From the human T2T-CHM13v2.0 reference genome, Homo sapiens, in NCBI RefSeq assembly GCF_009914755.1, contig NC_060928.1: 64,000 bases of DNA; one strand, 5' to 3'. The notes below the pieces were generated by a model that worked only from the letters and a program-made list of their open reading frames with translations, made no database searches and had not been told where the DNA came from. Positions within the stretch are counted from its first letter, which is position 1. Each line of letters starts with the position of its first letter. Shown piece by piece: positions 28,391 through 44,149 of the stretch. A program made the position numbers and the translations under genes.

Positions 28391-28784
28391 TGTTACTGTT
28401 GCTTTGGGGTTAAGGATCGTGGGAAAGGGCATGTTGAAGTTGGGGTATAAATCAGTTCATATGTCAGTCCTAATGTCAGTCACTTACAAGACGAAACAAT
28501 GTTACCATGAATAATATGACTTGTCACAAGGGCTGATCACTTTTGTTCTATTTCACCAAGAAAGAAAATGAGACACTGAAAAGAGAATGGAGGGGTGAGA
28601 GACAATAATACCCATCTTTAGACCGATAATACAAAGCCCCATTTCCAGGCTTTGGGGATGAGACTCCTCTAGGAAGATAATAATAAATTGTCTGTCTCTT
28701 GGAAGATAACAGGCTGGAAACCATGGTCAGGAAAGAAAGGCAGAGGTAACAAGGTGGGATTTTCTGCAGGAGACTGGGATATTT

Positions 28785-29480
28785 TATCCGTTCATTTGTT
28801 CACTCATCATTCAGCTTAATATTATTGTATCCATATCTATGCAATGCACTATGCCAGGAACCCTGAGAGACACAGATGACCATGAAAGTGAACCTGACCA
28901 GTACGTGATTAGAAATTCTGGACTCGAAATAAGGTAAAGGATCAGACCTAGAGATAAAGACTTGGGTGTCATCAGCATGGAGAAGGGCTGGAACTCTGGA
29001 TGCAGGTGCGCTCCCTGCGGCTGTTCACTGGGGGACGCTCCCACTTATGAGATGGGAAAGGGAATTGGTGCTAATGAAGGAAGCACAGGAGAACTGCAGG
29101 AAGAACAAGGGCAGACAGGCCTGGGAAAGTGAAAGAGGGGAGAGTTTTAGCTTGTAGTGTGGTAGTTGCCAGTCAGCTCCCTGTATAATAACATCAATGA
29201 GGATCATTGGATTTAGTGATGAGGAAATCACTGGTGGTTCTTCTTCAAGAGGGAGATTATGATAAAGTGGTACAGAGAGGAACTTGACATCAAGGCGTGG
29301 GTGAAAAATGAGAGGGTAGGGAGGAAATGCAGGAAAATGTATGCTATGCTTTAGCAGTAAAAGAAAAAGTCTCAGCCAGTAGCCTGAAGGCATAACAGAG
29401 CTGGAAACGATGTGTATAGGATTGGAGAGACCTAGACTAGAAGGAGCCAGTGAGAAAATAGAGACGATGTAGGAGACAGC
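28785..29480 (-). mobile_element. L2 fragments
   Basis: ttcatttgttcactcatcattc...ctatgccagg; gagataaagacttgggtgtcatcagcat. Confidence 0.65.
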
Positions 29481-32400
29481 TGGAGACGACCGTACCCTCC
29501 GAACCAGCTGCACCTGAGGAGGAGTCTTGTAAGCTGTTCTGTGGGACCGAGGATAGGACCTTTGCCTTTGGGGGAGGTGCCCCCTTCCCCTGGCCCTGCA
29601 GCTCTGGTTCCTACCTGTATCCCAAAACGTACTGAATCAAAATGTTCAGTTTACTCATCTGTCTCCTCCTGTGAGGAGATGCACTCCTCACCTCCTTTGA
29701 TGGTGCACTCCTAAGGGCGGGAATCATGCCTTCTTGATCTCGACACTCCAGTATTTAGTTCAGGGTCTGGCACAGTCAATAGGGATAGTGAAACCTAACT
29801 ACATAGGCCCACATAACCATGTGTTACATTGGCTGGAGTTCCCAGTAATTATACAGCCCCTTACCAATCCTCCCACCTCTCTCCCCACCTCGCAGATACC
29901 TGATATTGAGGTGACAGCTGCAAGAAGTCTGGGTGTAGTTCATTTACCTCCCCACCCCCATAATTGGGGAGAACAGGCCAGAATGTGTGGGAGCCTCACC
30001 TCGTGAATTGTATGAGGCACTAACTGAAAATAAAGCCAAGAGGCTGCAATCCTTTTCCTTCACAGCTTTCCTTACAGAGTCTCTCCCTGTCTTTCTACTT
30101 CTCTCTCTACTCTTCTCATTCCAGCTCATCTGTTTTGTTTTGTTTTCCGACTCTCCACTTCCTGTGTCCTATTTCCACTTTTGGAAGCCTGTTTTTAGAC
30201 ACAAGCCTTTCATTTGCCTTTACTCAAAGGTTTTCTGAAGACTCACTATCTCTAAGAAAATAACCTTGAACCATAATCTCACAATTGAGGTTGAGCCAAC
30301 GTTTGTCACCACTCCCCATCTTACATGGGTCCAGTTCATACAGGACCTCAATACATAAGAGCTTCTGTAAAACAGTCAATCCTGGGGCCCTCAGTGTGGA
30401 GTGATAGGCTTTCGAGGAAAGTGTCAGAAATCACCAGAAGTCAAAGCTGTGTACCCAATTGTCCTGATTTTCCTCAATAAGTCAATAGCTTGCAAAGCTT
30501 TCCAATGAGAAACAAAGAAACTTTCTTCCCCCCCACCCCTCCCCACCCCTGCTCATGCTTAAAAAATAGTTATTTTTCTTTTTCTGGAAAATCTTACTAG
30601 TAATCTCTTTAGGTTGCATCCCCTACTATTCCATCTGAACACACTGGCTTTCCACATGTTGCAGGATTGGGACAGCCTGGCAGTGACCCAGGAACACAAA
30701 GGGGCAAGTAAAGTGGGGTGCAATTTCATTACTGACCACTCTTCTCTAGGGGCCACTGCACACTTACCCTCCTCTGTGCTGCAGTTTGCAGAGCCTGAGG
30801 TCCAAGCAAAAGAAGCATTGTCTCACAGCTGTAAAGCATGAATTGTGTTTGTGGATTGCATTGCCCTGCTTCTTGCTCGTGCTTGTTCTTGTTTTCCTGG
30901 CACAAGTGCCTTTGCTCCTAGAATGGCCGCTTATCTCGGCTGACTGCTATTTGCTAACAATGGGCTCACTGGGTTGTTTTGAAAAGTCACATGAAGTTTA
31001 TAATTCTGTCTGATGCTACCTTGGACTTATGTGTGCTAAATAAGCCTCAAACACCAAAACTGCCTTAAAACCTAAACTAAGCTCAACGAATGACTTCTTC
31101 TCAGGTATGCAGGCACCGGAAGGAACCCATACACCCTGCCCAGCTAATTCTACACCTCTTGTCTGTGTTGCTCTTCCACAGTACTGCTAGTTAGACCTTG
31201 CACTCTTCTCCATCTTGAGGCATTTGGTTCCCTCTACTTGCCCAGTGGCGCTCAGAATTTCTTGTGGAGCAGCTCAGGTGGTGAGGGAGGGAGGCACGGA
31301 CACTGCCCCCCATGTCTCTGCAGGACGGTGGGGAACTGAGGGGTCCCTGACCAGCTGCCTCTCACGGCTTGATGTGTCACCTGATGGCTTCTCCCCTGGC
31401 TCGCACTGTGGGCCCACACTGTTTGCCAATCTGCCTTTCTTCCTGCCGGTGCTTTTGCTGGGGGAGAACCACAACCATCTCCAGTGCTGTTTTACAGCCT
31501 CCCACCACTCCACAGAGCCTCTGAAGAGCATACCTGAAGCCTTGATTCTGTCCACCTGATTCCCCTGAAGCTCACCAAAAAGGGAGCTGCTTGTTTATCC
31601 TGCTGTCAGCCATTTCCCATCAACGTCTGGCCCAGCGAGCTGTGTTGGGGCCAGCACTGCTTTAGTACCAATAGTCTGGCCCTCTTCCAGGTACTCATTG
31701 CTAGCGAATTCATCTTGCTCTTGAATGCGAAGTATGAGTCAGAGGTAATGCTGATGAAACCTCCGGCAGGTCAGGACAACAAGGGCAGACCCAAGCCACG
31801 GGGGGTGAGGTGGGGGGAGAGTGGGCCAGAACTCTGCTCTGCAGAGCTGTGGTTTGTCCTGAAGTCTGGTGCTGTGTTAGTGCAAACAACATCAAATGCA
31901 ATTCAATTACAACTGTGTACTCATCACTGGGCTGGGCTGTCAGAGGCACAGAAGTATACGTTAGTTTCTGTAGGAGTTATGGCCAGCAGCCCAGCTTCTT
32001 AACTGGATTTAGTTTGAAAATAAATGCCTCACTGGACAGTGACACTTCTCAACTCTTTCAGGGAAGAAAATTTTTGCTTCTGGTAGGCTGATGTGTGACT
32101 TTAATAATCTTATCATTAGTCCTGAGTCGGGGGCTTGTCATTCAAAGTTGTCTTTCATCTTTTGTGTATGTTGTTTTCAGACAGTGGCAGCTGAAGAATG
32201 ACTGTATCAGGGACATTCAATGATGCCCATATTTTGAGAGGTTAAATTTCCTAGAAACCAGCTTCTAGTCTTTGTGTGTCCTGGCTTGTGCTCTTTAAAG
32301 AGACTGAAAAAAGCATGTTCTACAAAATCCTGTCTTGCTCCATGGTAATGAGGTCAGACAGACCTCCCCAGGAGCCTGACTGGAGCTACTATACAACTGT

Positions 32401-33680
32401 GGGGTGGCCTTGGAAACTTGGAGACATTTGGGGCGTGCTGAGTCACTGCTGCAGCTCAGGCCCAGGGCTCCTGTCACCACTTTGGGGAGCTGGTGGTACA
32501 ATAGAGATATCACTGTGGTGGGGCCTGGAATGAGGGCCTGTCATGGGACAGGGCACTGTAAAGAGAACAGTAAGTAGTTTTTAGTTATTTCTTATTAGAA
32601 GGAATTTCCTAATGGAAAATGCTCCTCCATTAATAGGATTTTCTCTGTACAGAAATTTATTGCTTATGACTATTGGGGTCAATTCCCATTGGCATCTGAG
32701 AGCTGGAAAATGACAGCTGTCATCACAAGTTTTCTGAGAAAAAAGTATGTTTTTTTCCTATGTTGGTCAGAAGCCAACCAATTCACTGCCAACCAATAAA
32801 GGTACAGCCAAAGGGAAAAAGAATTATTAAGAGTTTTAATTGCCCCTGAAATTCCAGATAGAAAATTTTACATTCAGTTACACCTGATGTAGCAGAAAAC
32901 TCCAAGGGACTATCTAAGTTCTTTGGCCAAACCAGATTTGGTTTATTTAACATTGTCTAGAATGGATCATTGGCTGGGACTTGTACATATGTTTGTTATA
33001 TGGGGATTTTCTCAGTTAAACTCAGATGGAAACTAAGACGAAACATATATATATGTGTATTTATGTCTATTTATATTTATATGAGTCTGGTGTATTAATC
33101 ATAGGGTACTAAATTATTTTCAAAGACACAAACTATGTGAGGGTGTATTTTAACTAGCATGTGAAATGCAAAAATATTTTCTGGGTATGCTGGCACTTTA
33201 TACCAAAAGGATGCAAAATTTAGCGTAAGAAAATAGTAAATTAGTAAACTAAGTGAGGTGAAAAATGTTGATCAGCTACAGAAAAAGGTCAGCAGTTCAA
33301 ACTGTGGAATCTGGGTTATTTCTTTTTCACTGCCCAAGATTGTTATATACTCAGAGTTTTCCCCACATTATAAAGCATTGATAACTTTTCAATTTGTTAC
33401 TACCCACTGGAGTATAATGTAAATTCTTGTGTGTGTTTTAATAATTCCTTGGAAACCATCCCTTGAATTGCTATTCATAGGATAAGAAGGAATTACTTGC
33501 TATGCTCCACATGTTTTTCATTAGGACTAAGATCAAGAAAATACATACATATCTATATATGTATGTGTGTGTGTGTGTGTGTATGTATGTGCACACACAC
33601 ACCAAGGGCTGGAAGATTTCTGGATCAGTTCAGATTTTGATAAGAGGAGACAGAAGAAGAATAGAGAAATGTAGGATGAA

Positions 33681-33970
<290 letters not shown>

Positions 33971-34254
33971 TATGTAGGATGATAGTGGCAGTGGTGGTGG
34001 AAGCCACACCTGATATCGCAATAGCAGACTGCTTCATGGGATGGCATGCAGAGGTAGTCTTTGATTTTAGTTTATATCTGGAAGAAGAATTTTACACACT
34101 TTCAAATAGAAGGCAGCATTCACCAATCCAGTGCTGGGGTTAGCAAAAAGAGATCTGATCCTTTGTCTTTTCCGTCTAAGACTATAAGTTGATTCATTCG
34201 TTCTTTCAACAAATATTTATTGAGTACCCATTATGCCATAATAGTCTTAGAAAT

Positions 34255-34501
34255 AGCCTGAGCATGGTGGCTCACATTTGTAATCCCAACACTTTAGGAG
34301 ACCAGGCAGGAGGATGGCTTCAGCCCAGGAGTTTGAGGCCAGACCAGGCAACATGGCAGTGCACACCTGTAGTCCCAACTACTCAGGAAGCAGAGGCAGG
34401 AAGACTGCTTGAGCCCAGGACTTCAAGGCAGAGGTGAGCTATGATTGTACCACTGCATTCCAGCCTGGGCAACAGAACAAGACCCTGTCTGAAAAAAAAA
34501 A
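34255..34501 (+). mobile_element. AluJ with the central linker deleted
   Basis: Left monomer joins the right monomer at caacatgg|cagtgcacacctgtagtccc. Confidence 0.88.
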
Positions 34502-37041
34502 GCTGGAAATACTATTTTATAAGTTGTAATATGTAACAGATTAGTCTTAATTGTTGAATTAACAAGGGAATCTAAAGTCAAGTGTAGCTTAGAGCTCTCC
34601 CTGAGGCATACCATTTAAGCTGACTGTACAGAAATTAAAGTGGACATGCATTTTGCTATCTGGGCAGGTTGCTACTAATCAAATTACCACTATGTGTCTT
34701 GGAGGATGAATAGGTAAAGAAGGTGATCAGCAAAGTACAAGTCTTCAAAACTAGAGTGCTTTTCTTCTGGGAAATAGGGAAAAAAAAAAGACTTGTTTGT
34801 AGAGGGCTAGGCGCAGAAAGGAACTTGAGGAAGAGACCAGAAGGTCACAGGTTTACATAATTAAGAAGGAGGTGCACATAGGATTCAGAAGTTCAGAATC
34901 AGGACAATCTAAGTAAACCTGGTCCTAGAGTAGGTTTCCTATGATTCCTTTAAAATGCCTTACAAAATCTGAAGCTCTAGAACTAAAGCTCAAAGATATA
35001 GGAAACTTAACTACAGAGGAGGAAAATGTAACAGCAGAGTCCTCATAGGGAAGTTTACCTAGAAAGAAGTTTGCTTTTTGGTTTTGTCTAGATTATATTT
35101 CTATTAAAATATGAACATAGTATTTCTATAAAATACTTTGCAAAACTAAGGCAGTTCCTAAAATGGGGAAGTTTTCAGGATTACGTTCTCATGATTCACT
35201 GATGTTGTGCTTATCATAACTAGGTAAGGTGGGGGAGGAAGTTCTAAGAATGACGGCATTTACATGCAAAAACCAAACTGACATAAACCAGCATCATAAA
35301 AGAAACATGCCATAAGAGAATGCCCCAGGGCTAAAGTATGACTTGAATCAGTGAAAGGCAGGTGCTTCTAACTGGGAAATGATCTGATAGGCTGTTCTGT
35401 TGCAGAATAGACATGGATTAGATTTTTGCACTACTCCACACACCTATAGGTAGTAGAGTGAAAACCAAAAACCTTGGAGGTTTTAATGGCAATAATCATA
35501 ATTATTGGGAAAACACTTTTTCTCCTATGTTAAAGCCACTATAAAATAATAACATTCTTTCATTGCTGAATGCACCCAAATCATTCAGCTATTTCTGTTA
35601 TGAATGATCTAGATACTACTCTATTGCATTATGGGAAATAGCCCAGATAAACTTTGGAATATCTCCAAGTTCTATGATTCTCTTGTCAAGAGTACATATA
35701 ATATGCGACATATATATAATAAATACACCCAGCAAACACATATATGTATATATGTTTGCATTTTGCCTAAGACCGTCCCCCTTCAGTAAGTCCATTTTCT
35801 ACTCTAAATTTTGGATCAGTTTCTGAGTTACCGAACCACCAAATATATAACAGAAACAAACCGGAGAGCATGGTGGGGAAGTTGGGATAGTGAAGCAAAT
35901 GTGTGTTTCCACTACAAACATTGTTTATATTGCAAATATATTTGTACTCTTATTTTTAAGAATATGTAAGTACATGCTGATTAATGGCTATAAGTTTCAG
36001 AACATTATTGGGTTTATAGAAGCTTTTATCTTATGTGTTTTCTCATTTAACTGAATACTGAAAGTACAATTACTATAAATGGAAAGTCCTTAAAAACTGT
36101 TGATATTAGAAAGGAATTCTCAAAGTTGTTACTGAAAAAATGGAAGTGTTATATTTGGAAGGACCTTTTTGAATTTTATCTATTTTTTTCTGAGCAGGAA
36201 TATTTTACAGTGTTCTAGATCATATTGTATCTGTTTCCACAAAAATTACATGCCTATATTTAATTATGTAAACCTTAAATGGGGGAAATTATAATTCTAT
36301 CAATTTGAGAATATATAATCTTTTAAAAACACATTTAAGATATAAGCCATATGTTAAATTGAGTAAATCAGGTGTTGAAATAATGTGCTTTACTTTCAAA
36401 TATAGTATCCCAGTATTTTTTAAGTTACAAAAAATTGGTAGCAGCCAAAGTATATCAGAATAAATTATCAGGCTCATAGCTCTGCTGGAGGAGGATGTTG
36501 TTTTGACAGTTGAAATCTGACTAATGGTAACCTGATAGAACGTGAATAATGAGATGATGCTTATAGTTTGAGGACAAGGAGCTTGTCTTTGGCCTGTGAG
36601 TCAGTATTAACAGTCCTTGCACTCATTGGCACCAATGCTGGCCAAGTGGCCCTGGAAATAGGTTGCTCAGCTGACTCATTGGTGGCACCCCTAACTCCAG
36701 TAGTGCAGTCATTTTTCTTTGGGCCATGAGGATTGTCCACTGAAGATTCTTTGCAGCAATTTTAATCTGCACCACCTCCTCTTCCTCTCACAATGTCCAT
36801 CCATTCATTCATTTATTGAAAAATATTTATGGTATGTCAGGAACTATGCTGGATGCTGGGGATCCAATGGTAAGCAATCAGACACAGTCAAACAATCACA
36901 CAACAATTATATAATCACGAACTAAGATAGGTGCTGTGAAGGCAAGGATAAAGCCATGACAATATAACAGAGGACCCTGAAATCACATGGGGAGTTAGGG
37001 AAAGCTGTCCTAAGGAAGGTGAGTTTGAGTGAGAGCTAAAG

Positions 37042-37578
37042 CTGCACTGACAAAAATAGCAGCCACTGTATGTAGTTATTTAGATTAATTAAAAGTAAAT
37101 AAAACTAAAATTCAGGCCAGGCATGGTGGCTCACGCCTGTAATCCCAGCACTTTGGGAGGCCGAGGCGGGTGGATCACAAGGTCAGGATATCGAGACCAT
37201 CCTGGCCAACATGGTGAAACCCCATCTCTACTAAAAATACAAAAAGTAGCCAGGCATGGTGGCATGCCTGTAATCCCAGCTACTCGGGAGGCTGAGGCAG
37301 GAGAATCGCTTGAACCCGGGAGGAGGTTGCAGATCGCACCACTTCACTCCAGCCTGGGCAACACAGCGAGACTCTGTCTCAAAAACAAACAAACAAAAAA
37401 AAAAAATGAAAAAACACAACAACAACAACAACAACAACAAAACAACCTAAAATTCAGTTTCTCAGTCACACTAGCCACATCAACTGCTCAATAGTCACAT
37501 GTGGCTAGTGCCTACAGAATTGGACAGCACAGGTATATAATATTTACATCACTGCAGAAGTTCTACTGACCAGCATTG
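37042..37578 (-). mobile_element. MER3 (hAT-Charlie), split by an Alu
   Basis: ctcagtcacactagccacat...gctcaatagtcacatgtggctagtg...ttggacagcacag...gcagaagttctactgaccagcattg. Confidence 0.88.
37115..37446 (+). mobile_element. AluSc-like, (AAC)n tail
   Basis: ggatcacaaggtcaggatatcgagaccatcctgg; TSD ctaaaattca. Confidence 0.95.
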
Positions 37579-37867
37579 GTCTAAATGATGAATAGGAATT
37601 AACCAGGAAAGTGATGAGCAAAACCATTGTAGGTTGAGAGACTACCATGGGCAAAGGCTCTGTGGTAGGGGAGACAATGTACAAACTGTTACGGAAACTA
37701 CAGTCCATGGGATTTTAGCTGGATAAGGGACAAAGGATAAAAGAAGAGACCTGATGAATTGGTAGAAAGTAGAAGGGGTTACTGGGCTGAAAATCTAAAT
37801 TTGGACACAAAATAGTCATGGTGGGTGGAACGGCAAAGGAGAAGCAGGTGTGGTCAAAAAGCAGGAT

Positions 37868-38268
<401 letters not shown>

Positions 38269-39179
38269 CTAAAGGTCATTGGAGATAAGGAAGTTGGGAC
38301 TCAGAGGCCAGATTATCATGTATGTCAACTTTGCATTTTGAAATTACTGCAGCAATTGGCAGAGTTTGGATTTGAGGGGAACAGTCCCAAAGAGTAAATG
38401 GGAGGCCCAGAAATGATAGCTACCAGCAGGGGGAAAGGAGGCCTTATCAGATAGCTCCACACTGACTCAGATGAGAGAGTGCAAGGACAAGGGACCTGGA
38501 AATGACAATGGGAAACAATGGGACAGCAAAGCCCTTCTCCACCTGATGTGAGAAAGCAGACGGTCACCACTTCAGAGGACTAAAGGAGAAGCAATGTCCT
38601 CAGGGAAAACTCAGGTTTTTGTTGGAGCAAAAAGGTGAAGGCATGGTTGAGAGAACAGAGTGATGACATAAGGGAGTTTGCTGAATACAAAGCAACGGTT
38701 CCAGAAGGCATGTGGAAGCCCTGAGCAAGAGAGGAGGAACAGAGGGCTCATCCAGGAGCAGTGGGGAAAATCAGGCAAAGAGATTGATGACTGAGGTGGA
38801 CTTATATTTAAGCATTAACTGATTTAAAAAAAAAAAAAAGTCAATGGGAATGGGAGTGATTACTGGCCCTACTGCTGCAAGGACTTGGCTCACTAGACCT
38901 GATGAAGGGGTGTTCCTGCAGGAGTTTCTGCACAGGCCACTGCTTGGGATGTTCTTGAGCCAGAGGTTGTAGTTTCAGCTCCTGTACAGCTTAGCATAAC
39001 ATTGGCTTCAGAGGCTTAGGCTTCAACACCTGACACAATGTTGACTGTCTCAGAGGTGAGGTGTTAAGAATACCACAGATTGAATACATGAGGTGTTAAG
39101 GACCTCAGAGGTTGGGTATTAGTTAGTTCAGTCCCAGAGAGTAGGGCAATTGGCACTCCTAGAAGATGCGTCTCTATAC

Positions 39180-39271
39180 CTGAACAGCCTGCGGTACGCT
39201 GGTCCCAGCAGTCTGCAAGTGATACATGCGATTTTCCAATCTTTTTGAATCAACAGCATGTTCTCATCAGT
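39180..39271 (-). other. Candidate internal exon (92 bp) of an unidentified minus-strand transcript
   Basis: Minus strand reads ctctgatctacaattacag|ACTGATGAG...GCTGTTCAG|gtatag. Unique sequence, several CpGs, one open frame. No homology recognised. Confidence 0.3.
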
Positions 39272-39798
39272 CTGTAATTGTAGATCAGAGGATACTTTAT
39301 CAAATATAATCATTGAGCTCTATAATTCATGAACTCTGCTTGTAACACATCTTCAATTTTTAAATTGTGAGAACTTGCAAGAGCTGCAAGTTATGTGCTG
39401 TTTTAAATTTAGTTCTAACAAAATATAGCTGGAGGTTCTGTCATAAGATTAATAAACATACATTATTTGGGAGGTTATTTATTATTTTAATTATGTGACA
39501 TTATTTTTCCCCTCTGACAAAAGCAATCAAGATGACTAAAATTGAATTGGTGAAAATGAACTGATCCCCAAAGGTTATAAATGTTGTTGAAAAATGTCAG
39601 GAATTTATTAAATTTCCCACATGTTAACCAAAAAAGGTTAGTAAGGTAGATACACAGTGGTGACTTCATGTCAGTGAAGAATCTGACTAGAAGTAGACAG
39701 AATTCTAGAGATAAATTCATCAAATCCTCTACTCTATAGATCAGGAAACTGACACTTAGGTTAGGTGCAGTGACCATTTCCAGTGACTTTGACCTTTA

Positions 39799-40194
<396 letters not shown>

Positions 40195-40239
40195 TTAAAT
40201 CTCCAATATCACATAATTATAGGGTCTTAGACTTCAACT

Positions 40240-40540
40240 TACTATAGGACTGTCTGGTCCAGTGTTGAAATCCTCTTGCAGATGGTTATCTGCTCTTCCT
40301 TGACTACATGCCTTGACTGGATGTTGTATTCTTCCATGGCAGTTCATTCTGTTATGCAGTAGCTGTTTATGTTGGAAATTCTTTACACTGAGCTGGTGTT
40401 GTCCCTACAATTTCACCTATGGGTTCTGACTTCTTGAGCTGAGATCTGCAAGAGTTAGCCCATGACAATTATATTTGCTCTAATTCTCTTCTTTTCCAGG
40501 TAAGACACCTCTAATTCTCAGAGTTGCATGTCATATATGA
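40240..40540 (-). mobile_element. L3/CR1 LINE fragment
   Basis: ggcagttcattctg...gttggaaattcttt...caatttcacctatgg...tcttttccaggtaagacacc resembles antisense L3. Confidence 0.6.
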
Positions 40541-40753
40541 GGAAAAGTGAAGTAAAAAAAGAGGAGAAAAAATAATGTGTTGTGGGCAATTACTAGAACT
40601 CAGGGAGTTAGGTTTTACTCAGCATCATCAAATGCAAGCTTCTCATCCTTTTGAGTCAGCAGCATGTCCTTATCAGTCCCTAAGTGAGCTCTGCAAATCA
40701 AGAATTCTGGTTGCAGTGTACACTTAATTTTTAAATTGTAAAAAGAACTAGCT

Positions 40754-41048
40754 AGCTTGGGCATGGTGGCCTGTGCTTATAACTTCAGCACTTCGGGAGA
40801 CTTAGGTGGAAGGATTGCTTGAGCTCAGGAGTCTAAGACAAGCCTGGGCAACATAACAAGACACCATCTCTACAAATAATATAAAAAATTAGGCAGGTGT
40901 GGTGCCACATGCCTGTAGTCCCAGCTACTCAGGAAGCTGAAGCAGGAAGATGGCTTGAGCCTGGGAGATCAAGGCTGCAGTGAGCTGTGATTGTGCTACT
41001 GCGCTCCAGCCTGAGCAACAGAACAATACCCTGTCTTACACATACACA
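40754..41048 (+). mobile_element. AluJo-like
   Basis: gatcaaggctgcagtgagctgtgatt; TSD aaaaagaactagct. Confidence 0.93.
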
Positions 41049-41084
41049 AAAAAGAACTAGCTCTACTGAAAAAATAGAACAATT

Positions 41085-41393
<309 letters not shown>

Positions 41394-41934
41394 AGAACAA
41401 TTATAACACAAAGGGGAGTAATAGAATCCAATGGAATAAAAATTTACACTTTTTATTTGTAAAAAGTCTGAGATCACTAAGTTAATATAAGAATCTCTAG
41501 ACTTCATATTGTGCTAAAACATAATAGTGCTCAAAACATTGCAGCTTTGTTATAAAAAATAAAATTCTTAGTTGTTATTTAACTCTATCCTTAAATAAAG
41601 AAAAAAAACCCATTTCTTTCCACCTCTTCAAATATTAAAATTCCAGGAAACAACTGATATGCTAGGATATTCTTAGCTAAGATTTAAATTAGATTTGAGA
41701 AAGTTGTGCATGTGTCATTTTCAATGGTTCGTAGAGCATAAAAGCACAAATTTACTTTGATTTTTGATTCTAATTTGAATCCTAGAAGGAACTGTTTTAT
41801 TTTCTAGAAAATCTAGTACATGGATAGTGTTTATTTAAATATGTACAAATATAAATGTCCTCATGAGATCAAAGTATAAAATAAGTATAAAATAAGTATA
41901 TTTTTTAAACCAAAAGGCAGATGAACATACACAC

Positions 41935-42369
41935 TGTGATGGTTAGTACTCAGTGTCAACTTGATTGGATTGAAGGATACGAAATATTGATCCTGGCTTT
42001 GTCTCTGAGGGTGTTGCCAAAGGAGATTAACATTTGAGTCGGTGGGCTGGGAAAGGCAGACCCATCCTTAATCTGGGTGAGCACAATTGAATCAGCTGCC
42101 AGTGCAGCTCAAATAAAAAGCAGGCAGAAAAGATGTGAAGAGAGACTGGCCTACCCTCGCAGCCAACATCTTTCTCCTGTGCTGGATGATTCCACGCCTC
42201 AAACTCCAAATTCTTCAGTTTTGGAAGTCAGACTGGCTCTCCTTGCTCCTCAGCCCGCAGACAGCCTATTGTGGGACCTTGTGATCATGTGAGTTAATAC
42301 TGAAAAAACTCCCCTTTAAATAGATATATCTATTCCATTAGTTCTGTTCCTCTAGAGAACTCTAATACA
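41935..42369 (+). mobile_element. MLT2A1-like solo LTR (HERV-L)
   Basis: tgtgatggttagtactcagtgtcaacttgattggattgaagg...gggctgggaaaggcagaccc...ctagagaactctaataca, with TG...CA termini. Confidence 0.92.
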
Positions 42370-43030
42370 TACGCTCATCTGACAAACCTAGCCATAACAA
42401 AGCTACAGAGATTCTGATGTTTGTTCAGAGACCGATTTACCTTTAGACAAAAGTATTTTTAAAACACAGTCTAAAAATCAGAGATAAATCAATTTGAATG
42501 GAATTTTGTTACTTACAAATTGCTTTGAGTCTGGTGGGATTTTCAAATTCTGACCCTAACTAGATTTGGCTCTATGTAAATTTGTAGTTAAAAGGTTTCA
42601 CTCTGTATGGGTCTATAATCATTTATTTACCCATATATTACATGTCTTTTTGCCTGAGGAGGACTGGAAAAAAATGGACTTTATTTATTAGACTGCCCAC
42701 GAGAAGAGTAAGTCCAGTGAAAACATTTTTGTTAAGCCTTTCCCATTTGTTTGCTAGGATAATAGTGATGTTAAACTTGAGAGTTGTATGTACATGCATG
42801 TTTAAATCAAATTTGGTAATTAGGTTGTTTTATACAATGATCATTGAATTTGCTTAATGCCCACTGCATGCTAGGCATTTGCAAAGTGTTGGAAGAGATT
42901 TAAAGACAAATAAGATAGTTCTTATTCCACATTGTGATTGCTGAAACTGATACCTGAAGAAATAATTATGATACAGCACGGTATCTTATAAGATATACAA
43001 ATTGTTGTTGTAATATAAAATAACTTATTA

Positions 43031-43668
<638 letters not shown>

Positions 43669-43879
43669 TCAAATAGAAGTTCCATGTAGAGTGAAGACTT
43701 TAAAACTGTACTGAATGATGCAAGAATTTTTAAAAGTGAAAAGAAAGTTATAAGACAAAATTACCCAACTCTTTCCAGACCTTTTATTTTGCACATTTCT
43801 GATTAAACAAAGCATATTGTGTCTCTCTCTAGTTTTCTGAGCACCTCAACTTTGCTTAAAACTTTCTAAAAGATTTTTC

Positions 43880-44145
43880 AGAGAACTTCATGGAAGAGAT
43901 CATTTTGAGCTGAGCCTTGAGGAAATGAGGATTTTCTGAGCAGGAAGGAAGCTGAACACCATTCCAAATATAAGAAACTAGAGGTGCAAAGGCAGAGAGG
44001 TGTACTCTGGGGAATGGGAAGCGTTGGGCTGCTTATTGGGGTGTGAGAAAGGAAATAGTAGCAGGTGCAGCCAGAAAGGAGCCAGAGCCAGGCTATGAAG
44101 GGTCTACTAAACATCCTCAGACAACAGAGAAAGGACGGAACATTT
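43880..44145 (-). mobile_element. L2 fragment
   Basis: ttttgagctgagccttgagga...gtgcaaaggcagagagg...gccaggctatgaagggtct. Confidence 0.65.
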
Positions 44146-44149
44146 TTTG

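Larger units (their letters stand above)
36795..37700 (-). mobile_element. L2 3' region, split by MER3 and an Alu
   Basis: cattcattcatttattgaaaaatatttat...tgctggggat; resumes at gatgaataggaattaaccagg...gcaaaggctctgtgg. Confidence 0.75.

Noticed and set aside
32181-32240. Plus-strand exon candidate after ttgttttcag
   Set aside because: The donor GAG|gttaaa is weak and there is no recognisable peptide.
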